Notes: generated by a model from the sequence alone, not told the origin. Shown: positions 1-8,355, counted from the first letter of the stretch. The stretch is DNA of 54,935 nt from a virus (IMGVR_UViG_3300025353_000003:1-54935); one strand, 5' to 3'. Numbers and translations: made by a program.

Positions 1-1
1 A

Positions 2-76
2 TATTAGACCGTGGTCAACACGATAAAACCGCAGTATGTAGTCGTTGCCAAAACAGTATTCCTCAAATGCGTTCAT
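2..76 (-). CDS. partial small hypothetical protein running off the window start (MNAFEEYCFGNDY...)
   Basis: ATG at 76 overlaps the 3' end of the 63..1082 gene; frame open to the window edge (translated by hand). Confidence 0.4.
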   Translation of the reverse strand, partial: MNAFEEYCFGNDYILRFYRVDHGLI

Positions 77-1082
77 TTTCTTCTTTCAACAAATATTCAC
101 CACGGAAAGGCATTCCTGTTTCAGCAAACATACTAGCCTTTGTAGCGCGGAGTATTGGTTTAACTTCACATTCTTCTCTAAGCCAATCAGGTAGCTTGTC
201 AGCACGGATGTCTTTAAATATACCAGTGTATTGACTCATATCTCTAGAATCATACCATTTGATTCTATCCCAGCCCATATCTGCATATACTCCTGGATAC
301 CGACGACTAAAGAATCCATTCTTGAATTGACATAAACAAGACTCAAGAGTAAATCTACCAATGTCGCTATAAGTTCCGTACTCTTTTGTAAATTCCTTCA
401 AAAACTTATCAGCAGTGGATTCAAGCGTAGCACATATTTTCTCAAAGTCATAATACTTTCCGTCATGTGAATTAGGCTGACGTTTATCAAATATAAATTC
501 GTCCATGCCTAGTAGAAAGAACATGCCGTTTCGATGAGAGCGCGAACCTGAGTAATCATTAAACATTAAGTCAGTACAATCTGCCCCAAAGCCATTGATA
601 GCAACATACTCAAGGTATGAGAATGTAGACAACCGCCCAAAGCTTTTAATAGAGTTAGCAATCTCCCAATACTGAGGATAGGTTTTATTAGACCAGAGTT
701 GAGCCTGAGTACCACCTGACTCCCTAAGTATTTCAGCATAAGAGTATAGACCTGAGATAGTATCTTTCTTTTGTTTATTCCTGTCACTATCAAAAGAAAG
801 ACGAGTCCATTGGTCATTAAATACCCTGTGAGCCTCTCGCCATTCAACATTGCTCTGAGGAATAGTCGGCATGAACTCCATAATCCGCATTGATGTGATT
901 GGATTCTGAGTATGCCCATTGATTACAGCGAACCATAGAGCAGTTTCATCGTCCCAGTTTAGACGCTTTTTAAGTTCAGGCATATAACTATACACCATGC
1001 CAGGATGGCACTTGAACACAAGGTTTAGATTATATAGCGATTTAAAATACGCTAATCTATTCTCTTTGAGTCGGTAGTCCAT
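63..1082 (-). CDS. amino acid:DNA transferase (aGPT-Pplase2-like, HhH-glycosylase fold), thymidine hypermodification
   Basis: 339 aa; FGRLSTFSYLE helix-hairpin-helix-like motif and LESCLCQFK (ExxLCxxK) motif followed by RYPGVY; TS homolog, kinase and PLP enzyme in the same genome. Confidence 0.8.
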   Translation of the reverse strand: MDYRLKENRLAYFKSLYNLNLVFKCHPGMVYSYMPELKKRLNWDDETALWFAVINGHTQNPITSMRIMEFMPTIPQSNVEWREAHRVFNDQWTRLSFDSDRNKQKKDTISGLYSYAEILRESGGTQAQLWSNKTYPQYWEIANSIKSFGRLSTFSYLEYVAINGFGADCTDLMFNDYSGSRSHRNGMFFLLGMDEFIFDKRQPNSHDGKYYDFEKICATLESTADKFLKEFTKEYGTYSDIGRFTLESCLCQFKNGFFSRRYPGVYADMGWDRIKWYDSRDMSQYTGIFKDIRADKLPDWLREECEVKPILRATKASMFAETGMPFRGEYLLKEENERI

Positions 1083-1252
1083 TAGAAATTCTCCTTGTAA
1101 AATTTATCAATAACTTTTTCAAGTTCTTTAATTTTAAATTGACCACCTTCTCTATTGCGAACTAATCCAATATAAATCTTTTCTTTCTTTTGTTCAGAAG
1201 ATATAAAGTATTTACCGATTAATACCCCCTCGCGTTTCAATTCTTCTTTCAT
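1082..1252 (-). CDS. small hypothetical protein (56 aa, MKEELKREG...DKFYKENF)
   Basis: Hand-translated; ATGA overlap with the upstream gene and TAATG overlap with the downstream gene. Confidence 0.65.
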   Translation of the reverse strand: MKEELKREGVLIGKYFISSEQKKEKIYIGLVRNREGGQFKIKELEKVIDKFYKENF

Positions 1253-1521
1253 TTGGGTATACCGATCATTGGCATCAAAGGTAACATAGCAGGTATAGGA
1301 ATTGGTGTAGAAACAGGAGTCGGAGTTACCATAGGGGTTTGTATTGCAGACCCAATTGGTTGCCCATATTGGTTAGAATAAACGATTGTATTACCTGTTA
1401 CTACCGCAGTCATAACTGGTTGCCCATATTGGTTGGTGTACTGCGCAATTTGAGCTTTACAAGCCGTAGAACCCGCTAAGTAGCCCACGCTGAATAGGAT
1501 TATTAAGATTATAAGTTTCAT
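1249..1521 (-). CDS. exported/membrane hypothetical protein with a duplicated Y(T/S)NQYGQP motif
   Basis: N-terminal hydrophobic signal-like segment, internal repeat, Pro-rich tail. Confidence 0.65.
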   Translation of the reverse strand: MKLIILIILFSVGYLAGSTACKAQIAQYTNQYGQPVMTAVVTGNTIVYSNQYGQPIGSAIQTPMVTPTPVSTPIPIPAMLPLMPMIGIPK

Positions 1522-1522
1522 A

Positions 1523-1678
1523 TCAATCCTCTAGACGTTTTTCAAGTTCATGTACGATTTCATCTTGCTCAAAATCAAACTCAGTTTGAGCATCGTCATT
1601 AATATCCATATGCCCAGCGAAGGGTACAGGCTCAGTTTTTTCAGCTTTTACGCGGTCTTCTGTTGTAAAGGTGGTCAT
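1523..1678 (-). CDS. small acidic hypothetical protein (51 aa, MTTFTTEDR...)
   Basis: Hand-translated; AAGGAA RBS upstream; fills the gap in the operon. Confidence 0.6.
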   Translation of the reverse strand: MTTFTTEDRVKAEKTEPVPFAGHMDINDDAQTEFDFEQDEIVHELEKRLED

Positions 1679-1679
1679 G

Positions 1680-1955
1680 TCAATTCCTTTGAGATGGGAT
1701 GCGGTTTAGGATTGCTTCTGCTATTAATGCTTTAAAATCATCTGCTTTGCCATAAGTATCATTTTCTAGTTCATATGCAATCTTAGCGCATGCTTCTCGT
1801 TCCATCAAGACTGCGGTCTTACTTGCTTCAATTGCCATTGTCATAATCTCAGCTTGAGCCAGAGCTAAAGCATCATCAAACTCTTTTTGAGTAAATAGAG
1901 TAGCCTGTGTTCCCTTTGCAAAGAACTGTTTTTGAAAATCAGTCATCTCAGTCAT
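1680..1955 (-). CDS. hypothetical phage protein (EREACAKIA motif)
   Basis: 91-aa ORF with ATGA coupling; motif common in small phage proteins. Confidence 0.7.
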   Translation of the reverse strand: MTEMTDFQKQFFAKGTQATLFTQKEFDDALALAQAEIMTMAIEASKTAVLMEREACAKIAYELENDTYGKADDFKALIAEAILNRIPSQRN

Positions 1956-2155
1956 TTTGCTAAATTCCTTTCTAGTATTACTGCAAGTTCAAGAGAAGTA
2001 TCCTCTAAATTATGTTGAATTAAACTCTTAGCGTACATTGCTGCTTGACTCCAGCTTTCTAACCAGACAGAGTAAGGGTCAAGTAATAAATCTTCAGCGT
2101 CTGCACGTTTGAGTAGTTTGTTCCAATCGTTAAAAGCAATTTCACATTCAGTCAT
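1952..2155 (-). CDS. hypothetical protein
   Basis: ORF track 1952..2191; ATG at 2155 (MTECEIAF) preferred because another small ORF occupies 2148..2288. Confidence 0.6.
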   Translation of the reverse strand: MTECEIAFNDWNKLLKRADAEDLLLDPYSVWLESWSQAAMYAKSLIQHNLEDTSLELAVILERNLAK

Positions 2156-2288
2156 TTTTATTCTTTCTATAATCATTGATAAATTTTTCAACTTTACGAA
2201 ACTTCTTTAAATAGTTCTGAAATCTATTAGGTATTGGAGTTGTTGCTTTAACCATGTAGAATTCATAAATATCTTGTTCTGGTATCAT
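2148..2288 (-). CDS. small hypothetical protein (MIPEQDIYEFY...)
   Basis: Hand-translated; TAATG coupling with the upstream ORF. Confidence 0.5.
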   Translation of the reverse strand: MIPEQDIYEFYMVKATTPIPNRFQNYLKKFRKVEKFINDYRKNKND

Positions 2289-2377
2289 TAAAAGTGTCCC
2301 CATCTAAGATATAAAGTGGTAAATACCATAATTACAATGAACAGCCCCATTACTCCGCCCAATAAGAATTCTTTCAT
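2288..2377 (-). CDS. 29-aa single-TM membrane peptide (MKEFLLGGVMGLFIVIMVF...)
   Basis: Hand-translated; ATGA and TAATG coupling on both sides; hydrophobic. Confidence 0.5.
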   Translation of the reverse strand: MKEFLLGGVMGLFIVIMVFTTLYLRWGHF

Positions 2378-2508
2378 CTTGTACCTTTCGTCCAGAGACT
2401 CGGTATAATACGAAACTCTTCAATCCTATGCTGCTGAGGATGACGAACTGGTACATAATTTTTAAAATCTCTAAAGTTTACAGGATTTTTAGCAACTGGC
2501 TTAATCAT
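2374..2508 (-). CDS. small hypothetical protein (44 aa)
   Basis: Hand-translated; GAGGAAA RBS; ATGA coupling downstream. Confidence 0.5.
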   Translation of the reverse strand: MIKPVAKNPVNFRDFKNYVPVRHPQQHRIEEFRIIPSLWTKGTR

Positions 2509-2509
2509 A

Positions 2510-3460
2510 TTATATTTCCTCTGTGTAAAAAGGTTCAACTATTTTCAGGCTCGGTGTTGAGCCTACAATCCAAAACAACGTACTGTCATCATAATCTAAT
2601 TGATTAGTAGACTTTAGGAACCGCCATATTTTTGCTTCATAAGTGGGATGAAAATCAATCCCGTCAAAGTTCTCGCCATTGAATTTATCCGTGTATTTAG
2701 CATACTTAGTATCATGCAATGAATGATGTTTCCATTCAAATGGGAGGTTATCCACGTCAATACCCATGATTGCGGCACGCTCGCGTATCCATTCCCACTT
2801 GCTAGGACCAATACCTACAGTATAGAGCTTTTCTACATTCTTAGGATCTTGAGATAACCCAAGTAATACACTGCAAAGAGAGTTACAAGAACCTGCAGGC
2901 ATTATGAGAGTTTTTACTTCAGCTGGAATATTCTTTGTTTGATTTGCACCAATCTGATGAAAGCCCAGAACGTCCTCAGGATGCTTTTTATGGTCGATGG
3001 TGATACCATAGTTGACCACAAGACTAGTTTCCTGCTCTAGACTGGTTACCATGCGTTGTAGCACTGGATTATATGGCGCATTGGCATACTCAAAGTGTGC
3101 ACCGAACCCAGCAGCGATCCTAGGATTATCGTGGCTCATTACAGTGTGAGGTTTAGAGTATACCACAACGCGGGTTTTTAAACCCAGATGCGCACCTACA
3201 ACAGCTGACATGCTAATCTGGGGAGATTGAACACTCGCTCCAGTTAGCACGTGGGTTTTACCCTTAGCGTTGCGAGTCATATACCAGATTAACTGACGGC
3301 ATTTAGAACCATTCGGTCCTGCATAACCTAACGGAGCAAAATAATCGTCCCGCTTGAACCAGATACCTCTATGGTTCTCAACGTCCGTTAGGTTATAGAG
3401 GTAATCCTCCCACTTGACCACTTTACGATCAAGAGAGAGTTTATCGAAGATAGTTTTCAT
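2510..3460 (-). CDS. PLP-dependent enzyme (fold type II, ACC deaminase/D-cysteine desulfhydrase-like), probably DNA-hypermodification decarboxylase
   Basis: WFKRDD...GPNGSKCRQL (PLP lysine), PAGSCNS phosphate loop, FHPTYEAK, LFWIVG; co-occurs with amino acid:DNA transferases. Confidence 0.8.
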   Translation of the reverse strand: MKTIFDKLSLDRKVVKWEDYLYNLTDVENHRGIWFKRDDYFAPLGYAGPNGSKCRQLIWYMTRNAKGKTHVLTGASVQSPQISMSAVVGAHLGLKTRVVVYSKPHTVMSHDNPRIAAGFGAHFEYANAPYNPVLQRMVTSLEQETSLVVNYGITIDHKKHPEDVLGFHQIGANQTKNIPAEVKTLIMPAGSCNSLCSVLLGLSQDPKNVEKLYTVGIGPSKWEWIRERAAIMGIDVDNLPFEWKHHSLHDTKYAKYTDKFNGENFDGIDFHPTYEAKIWRFLKSTNQLDYDDSTLFWIVGSTPSLKIVEPFYTEEI

Positions 3461-4227
3461 AGATATGTTTCAGCAATTTCCCAGAGTTTTTCATTGGCTC
3501 GAACCAATGGACTTGCCCCAATTATGCCTCGAGATGTCATATTGCGCCCAGTTTTTGTTTTGTAAGTGATTCCACCACGTACAAGGTTCTCCTGCACTCG
3601 GTTAAATACATTCCAAAGTTGAGGACCACCATCTTCATCTCTACGAGAGGTTAATAGGTTTCCTGGGTCAATATGTGCTCCGACAACCTGAAGAGCCATT
3701 TCACTTGCCTCGATAGCAAGGTTATAAACTTCTGTACCTGTTAATACCCGAGACATGAAGAGTTCAATACGACGAGCAGACTCCCGCGCTGAATTGATAA
3801 CACGCATAGCCTCGGTAATTACCCTATCTTCTGTTATTTCAAGATGACGCAAACGAGCTGCATAAATATCATGGGACTTAACAACCAACCCATTACCACA
3901 AACAATGCGGAACAGAGCAGCATCTAAACGCAGTGAGGTAGAGCCATCGTGAGAGTTGACAACGAGGATCTCAGGTACAGAACCATTAATAGCGATTAGA
4001 TTATCACGATGCCTCAAACGAATAAAATGTTCAACAGAGCGCGGGTCACGTACTCTAGGTTTGAGGGAATGAACTTGAGTAACAACGAAGTTATTCTCAG
4101 TCATAATATCAAGCACGTCAGATGTTTTAATCATCTGGTATTTAGCAGAAAGGTTATTACTTTGCAATGCATTGGATGCAGAGACTGGGAGTTCTAATTC
4201 TAAAGATGCATCTGAAGTTAAGATCAT
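3457..4227 (-). CDS. DUF932-family protein
   Basis: LVVNSHDGSTSLRL...FRIVCGNGLV and LWNVFNRVQENL motifs; ATG 4227 has an AGGAAA RBS. Confidence 0.8.
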   Translation of the reverse strand: MILTSDASLELELPVSASNALQSNNLSAKYQMIKTSDVLDIMTENNFVVTQVHSLKPRVRDPRSVEHFIRLRHRDNLIAINGSVPEILVVNSHDGSTSLRLDAALFRIVCGNGLVVKSHDIYAARLRHLEITEDRVITEAMRVINSARESARRIELFMSRVLTGTEVYNLAIEASEMALQVVGAHIDPGNLLTSRRDEDGGPQLWNVFNRVQENLVRGGITYKTKTGRNMTSRGIIGASPLVRANEKLWEIAETYL

Positions 4228-4229
4228 GA

Positions 4230-4334
4230 TTATTTTCCTGTAAAGATTATGAACAAAAGCCAAGCGACAGTAGCGTAGATAATAATATCAGCTACAAAAA
4301 AGTATGGGAAATATGCGCGGTAATTGAATTTCAT
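4230..4334 (-). CDS. 34-aa membrane peptide (MKFNYRAYFPYFFVADIII...)
   Basis: Hand-translated; strong AAAGGAAT RBS; one hydrophobic helix. Confidence 0.5.
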   Translation of the reverse strand: MKFNYRAYFPYFFVADIIIYATVAWLLFIIFTGK

Positions 4335-4336
4335 AA

Positions 4337-4510
4337 TTATTCCTTTATTTGTTTATTAGATGTATAAGCTAATTCATTTAACTTATTTTGAAACTTCTTC
4401 AGGTGCTTCTTTGGTACTGTTTTAGTGATACCTAACTTGCGGTCTAGGCGCTTGAAAACACCCTTGAGGAGTTCTTCCTCCTCAGTGGTGAATATTGAGC
4501 CACGATTCAT
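4337..4510 (-). CDS. small basic hypothetical protein (57 aa)
   Basis: Hand-translated; AGGAGA RBS. Confidence 0.55.
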   Translation of the reverse strand: MNRGSIFTTEEEELLKGVFKRLDRKLGITKTVPKKHLKKFQNKLNELAYTSNKQIKE

Positions 4511-4519
4511 AATTATCTC

Positions 4520-4837
4520 CTAACGAGCGGTTACGCGGATTGCGATTGATGCTGAGGGCTTGTAGTATTGTTGCAACTGAGCAGTAGTGATACCCATATC
4601 AGCGACCATTTGTTTATAGTCGTAGGTAGAGCGTTGGCTGAGTGTTACAGTTGCTTTGTAGAGGGCACTCTCGTATGTTCCTTCACCAGCGTTCTTGAAA
4701 ACATCTTTGAGTACATCTGCTTCCTGCTGTAGGTCAGCAATTTGAGCAAGCAAGATGCCGAGCTTATCAAGATCTTCCATTTGAGCATTCTGGCTCAAGG
4801 CTTGTGATACGAGGGTTGTCATGGTAGTGTGGTTCAT
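4520..4837 (-). CDS. hypothetical early protein
   Basis: 105-aa ORF behind a sigma70-like promoter and AAAGGAAATA RBS. Confidence 0.7.
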   Translation of the reverse strand: MNHTTMTTLVSQALSQNAQMEDLDKLGILLAQIADLQQEADVLKDVFKNAGEGTYESALYKATVTLSQRSTYDYKQMVADMGITTAQLQQYYKPSASIAIRVTAR

Positions 4838-4881
4838 TTTTATTTCCTTTATTAATCGTTTATTAAGTGAAGCTAAGTTAG

Positions 4882-4910
4882 ACTATACCTGAGAATATTT
4901 TAAAAGGCAA
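4882..4910 (-). promoter_or_regulatory. sigma70-like early promoter
   Basis: TTGCCT-17 nt-TATAGT on the - strand with an AT-rich upstream element. Confidence 0.7.
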
Positions 4911-4930
4911 GTGTTTTTAAAAATATATTT

Positions 4931-5764
4931 TTACCAGCCGTATCTGTCTGCACAGATTGGACCGATGCCACGTTCAACTGAGACTGGATCACTTAACGTG
5001 CGAGCACATACTGCGCATGATCCATATTTCTTCCCGTATGCGATTGCTGCACTGGCGGGATCACTAGCTACTGCAATAATGCGACCTTGAACCTCGTCAG
5101 TGCAATCCCGAGAGCCAAAGAACTTACCACGTAAAACTTTACCTAGGTATTGGTCACCTTCCTTAACGTATAACGCGCCTGCGTTCTGTCCTGAGGCAGG
5201 AGCAGGTGAAAAGGTAAATGTATCAAGACGCAACTTTGGACGTTGAATACCAGCAGACTGCGCTTTATTGAATGCGACCTCGATTGCTTCTACGGATACT
5301 GACGGAGCTAATGAGTCTTTCTCTGCCTTCTGCGCGGTGCGAGCCAACTCTTTAGCCACGCAATTTTGAACGGCAGCGAGTTGGCGTTCTGTTAGCGAGC
5401 CATACTTCTTGACTGAGTCATACATTGACCGTGCAAATTCAAAAGTGGCATGAGACTTCATCATCCAGTTGTACTCAGCTGGGAACTCTTTTTGAAAGTT
5501 ATGTACGGCTGTGGCTTCTTTGCGCTCTTTAGATTGACTATAAGAGTTGCGATTCTTTTCACGCTCAGTTGCGCTGGTTTTGAATTCATGAAAACCAACA
5601 CCCTTACAACTAAAGCATTGGCCAGTAAAGCTTCTGTTACTGGCGACCCAGATTCCTGTGCCAGCGCAATTTTTGCACTTTTCTTTGTAGAGGGTTACTG
5701 CTGAGTCAGACACTTTAGCGCTGACTGCAATTTCGTCTTCAGCTAGATCATATAGGCTTTGCAT
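4931..5764 (-). CDS. zinc-finger protein with C-terminal DUF6011 domain
   Basis: CKNCAGTG and CFSCKGVG (DnaJ-like CxxCxGxG); C-terminal CAVCARTLSDPVSVERGIGPICA. Confidence 0.75.
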   Translation of the reverse strand: MQSLYDLAEDEIAVSAKVSDSAVTLYKEKCKNCAGTGIWVASNRSFTGQCFSCKGVGFHEFKTSATEREKNRNSYSQSKERKEATAVHNFQKEFPAEYNWMMKSHATFEFARSMYDSVKKYGSLTERQLAAVQNCVAKELARTAQKAEKDSLAPSVSVEAIEVAFNKAQSAGIQRPKLRLDTFTFSPAPASGQNAGALYVKEGDQYLGKVLRGKFFGSRDCTDEVQGRIIAVASDPASAAIAYGKKYGSCAVCARTLSDPVSVERGIGPICADRYGW

Positions 5765-5811
5765 AATTATTTCCTTTATTGAATCGGTTATTGGGTGAAA
5801 CTATACAATGA

Positions 5812-5840
5812 ATTAAACCTCAAAAGCTTCATGAAGGCAA
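5812..5840 (-). promoter_or_regulatory. sigma70-like early promoter
   Basis: TTGCCT-17 nt-TTTAAT on the - strand; near-duplicate of the promoter at 4882-4910. Confidence 0.7.
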
Positions 5841-5891
5841 CATTTATTTTTGAGTGAAAACCCTTAGTTAGAAAAAGTGAGTGATAATAGG

Positions 5892-6022
5892 GGTGTTCGG
5901 TGACTTGACCCATTTTAGTTCTACCCACTCCTCCTCGCAGAGTTGACCGAACATCATTTGGGACCTAGTCCCACGAGTGGGTAGACCTAAAATGTGTTGA
6001 GTATTTATAACTTAATGCGAGG
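5892..6022 (+). promoter_or_regulatory. putative structured cis-regulatory RNA leader of the primase-helicase gene
   Basis: Pairings 5892-5901/5946-5955, 5903-5930/5975-6002, hairpin 5959-5973, and CCTCGCA (5933-5939) complementary to TGCGAGG over the RBS (6016-6022). Confidence 0.6.
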
Positions 6023-6033
6023 TAATAACGTAA

Positions 6034-8130
6034 ATGGCTAACAAATTCGGTTTCGATCTGAATGATTATAACCCAGAAGAAATAAACAAGAGCAAAGGCT
6101 TTACCTCTAGCTCTGTAGTCCCATATAAAATGAGAAATGCTAAGCGTTGGTTACTCTGGCGCTCAGAGAGGTATAGTGAACATGAACTTCATAGTACTCG
6201 TAAAGTTCCGTATTATGCTGACGGTACAGTTAGGCGCGGTACTCTTGATACCATTGAGGATTTAAGACGGCTAGAGACTTATGACGTAGCCGTTCAAATG
6301 CTAAGCAGAGGGAACTTCACTGGCTTGGGCTTTGCGCTGGGTCGGGATGGTGAAGGCTATTGGCAGGGCATTGACCTTGATGATATTTCACAGCATAAAA
6401 ATGATTCCCTAGCAGATAAATTACCTAGTTATGTTGAGCTGAGTCCGAGTGGCGACGGAGTACATGCCATTGGGTATGGTGAATACTTCCGCGGTAAGAA
6501 TCGCAGTTCTGAAAAAGGTTGGGAATATTACTCCCGTGCTAAGTACTTTACTTTTACAGGAAACAAGTTTAAGAATGATGCTGAGATTGTTGACCTTAAA
6601 CCTTTCATCAAAGAATATATTGATAGAGATATATCAGATGATAGAACAGAAAACAAAGCCTCATTAACCCATTTAATACTCAGTGAAAGTCAAATAGACG
6701 ATATTGAACGCGCACTCAAGTATATTGACCCAGATTGTTCTTATGATACATGGCTTCATATAGGTTTTAGCCTCGCTAGAGTGCCTGACGGATTTAGGTT
6801 ATTTTCTGAATGGTCTAAGCGGTCAGCAGGTAAGTTATGTAAAGTAGCCTCTGATGCTGATCTTGCAGATCAATGGAATGATATTCATGCTAACTCGAGA
6901 GGTGAGATTAGCCTTGGAACTTTATATCATCATGCTTCAAACAATCCTAAATTTATTGCTACCGAAGTAAGCACAACAGTAAAAGAACTCAGCGCGGTTA
7001 GCAATGATCCCTTAATCATTGACATCCAGCAGTGGATTGGTAAGATGATTGCGCCAGATTGGGTTGTTGATAACTTTATTGGAGAAGGTGTGCGGAGTAT
7101 TGCAGGTTCTCAAGGTAAAGGTAAAACGTCAATCATTGCTCCCTTATGCGCTAACGTGGCGCACCTTGTTACTCCTAACTTCTTGACACCACGGCATAGG
7201 CGCGTTGTGTTCTACTTTACTGAGGATACGAATCAAGTAAATAAGATGGTCATGGGAATGAAGATTCATCAAAGCAGGGAGTTCAGCAGTTCAGAAGAAA
7301 AAGAAGCTGAATGGCGTAAGTACTTTCAAATCAAACTCACGCAGAGGTATAAACCAAATCAAATAAAGAAGTTAGCCGAGGTAGTAAAAGACTATAACAC
7401 TGAGCAAGACGGAAAGAGCATACCTGCCCTGGTAGTATTTGACACTCAAGCTGCTAGTCTAGACGTAGAAGATGAGAATAATAATGCGGAACTCTCAAAG
7501 TTTATTAGTGAGATTAAGTTGCACTTCTGGGAGGCTTATCGTATTCCCGTATTGATTGTGACGCACATAACGAAGTCATCCGCTGATTTAGATAATTATA
7601 AAGACCTAACGTCACGTGGAGCTGGTTCGGTAGCTGGAGATTGCCACGGAACAATGGGGATTGTACATCCTCAAGGTATGACAGGAAGACTACTCGGCAA
7701 TGGTAAAGACCGCGACGGTGCAATCATTCAAGAGGTAAGAGTTGAAATCAAAAGACACGTTATTGAAGGTTTAACTCCTTACGGAGAGCCTATTGATATT
7801 GATTACTTTACTACCGAATACTTTGAGTCCAACCCTGATGATAGAGCTGAAGCAAAAGCAGAAGTAGCCACTAATGAGTTCATAGAGAGGGTTTACCGAG
7901 CTGTTCATCTTTTGAATGAAGAGAATCATATTGTAACTCTTGAATTACTCTCTAGACAGAAGCTGGGTGGGGCGCGGGATAGAGTTAAACAGGTTCTGGC
8001 TGACCTTGAAAGAATGGGTAGAATCTTTTCAACTAATCCTAAGGATCTTTCAAAAGATCAACGGACTGAACTGGGACTCGGTAATAATTCAGGTCTTTAC
8101 TATAAAGTAATGGGGACTTACCTTGGTTAA
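6034..8130 (+). CDS. primase-helicase (AEP primase + PriCT-2 + RepA/AAA_25-type helicase)
   Basis: GIDLDD, YVELSPSGDGVH and EYYSRAKYFTFTG AEP motifs; LKYIDPDCSYDTWLHIGFSL PriCT-2; Walker A GSQGKGKT, Walker B LVVFDT. Confidence 0.85.
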   Translation: MANKFGFDLNDYNPEEINKSKGFTSSSVVPYKMRNAKRWLLWRSERYSEHELHSTRKVPYYADGTVRRGTLDTIEDLRRLETYDVAVQMLSRGNFTGLGFALGRDGEGYWQGIDLDDISQHKNDSLADKLPSYVELSPSGDGVHAIGYGEYFRGKNRSSEKGWEYYSRAKYFTFTGNKFKNDAEIVDLKPFIKEYIDRDISDDRTENKASLTHLILSESQIDDIERALKYIDPDCSYDTWLHIGFSLARVPDGFRLFSEWSKRSAGKLCKVASDADLADQWNDIHANSRGEISLGTLYHHASNNPKFIATEVSTTVKELSAVSNDPLIIDIQQWIGKMIAPDWVVDNFIGEGVRSIAGSQGKGKTSIIAPLCANVAHLVTPNFLTPRHRRVVFYFTEDTNQVNKMVMGMKIHQSREFSSSEEKEAEWRKYFQIKLTQRYKPNQIKKLAEVVKDYNTEQDGKSIPALVVFDTQAASLDVEDENNNAELSKFISEIKLHFWEAYRIPVLIVTHITKSSADLDNYKDLTSRGAGSVAGDCHGTMGIVHPQGMTGRLLGNGKDRDGAIIQEVRVEIKRHVIEGLTPYGEPIDIDYFTTEYFESNPDDRAEAKAEVATNEFIERVYRAVHLLNEENHIVTLELLSRQKLGGARDRVKQVLADLERMGRIFSTNPKDLSKDQRTELGLGNNSGLYYKVMGTYLG

Positions 8131-8355
8131 TTCAAACCGTTTCTGTTCAGGCGGTTTGAGAAGTGATATAGACTATGGTCTGGAGTGTCAAACCGTTTAT
8201 AAAATTTCAAACCGTTTTAAGCGGGGCGGTTTGGCGCAATTCAAACCGCCTGATCTATTAGTGGGGGGACTCTGTACCCCTAATAGTCATTGGTGGTTTC
8301 AAACCGTTTATTGTATTCTCTTTAGAGGGAAACGGTTTGAAATAAACGGTTTGAA
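8131..8355. repeat. iteron-like array of TCAAACCG(TTT/CC) repeats, probable replication origin
   Basis: About 9 copies in both orientations (8131, 8150r, 8188, 8206, 8225r, 8240, 8298, 8330r, 8344r) plus inverted repeat 8255-8286, immediately after the primase-helicase. Confidence 0.7.

Noticed and set aside
1082-1252. Possible third frameshift in a small gene
   Set aside because: On re-reading, ATG 1252 is in frame to TAA 1082; the ORF is intact and merely below the track's length cut-off
2510-3460. Auxiliary metabolic ACC deaminase or cysteine desulfhydrase
   Set aside because: Co-occurrence with two DNA transferases, a kinase and a TS homolog makes a DNA-tailoring role more parsimonious, though unproven
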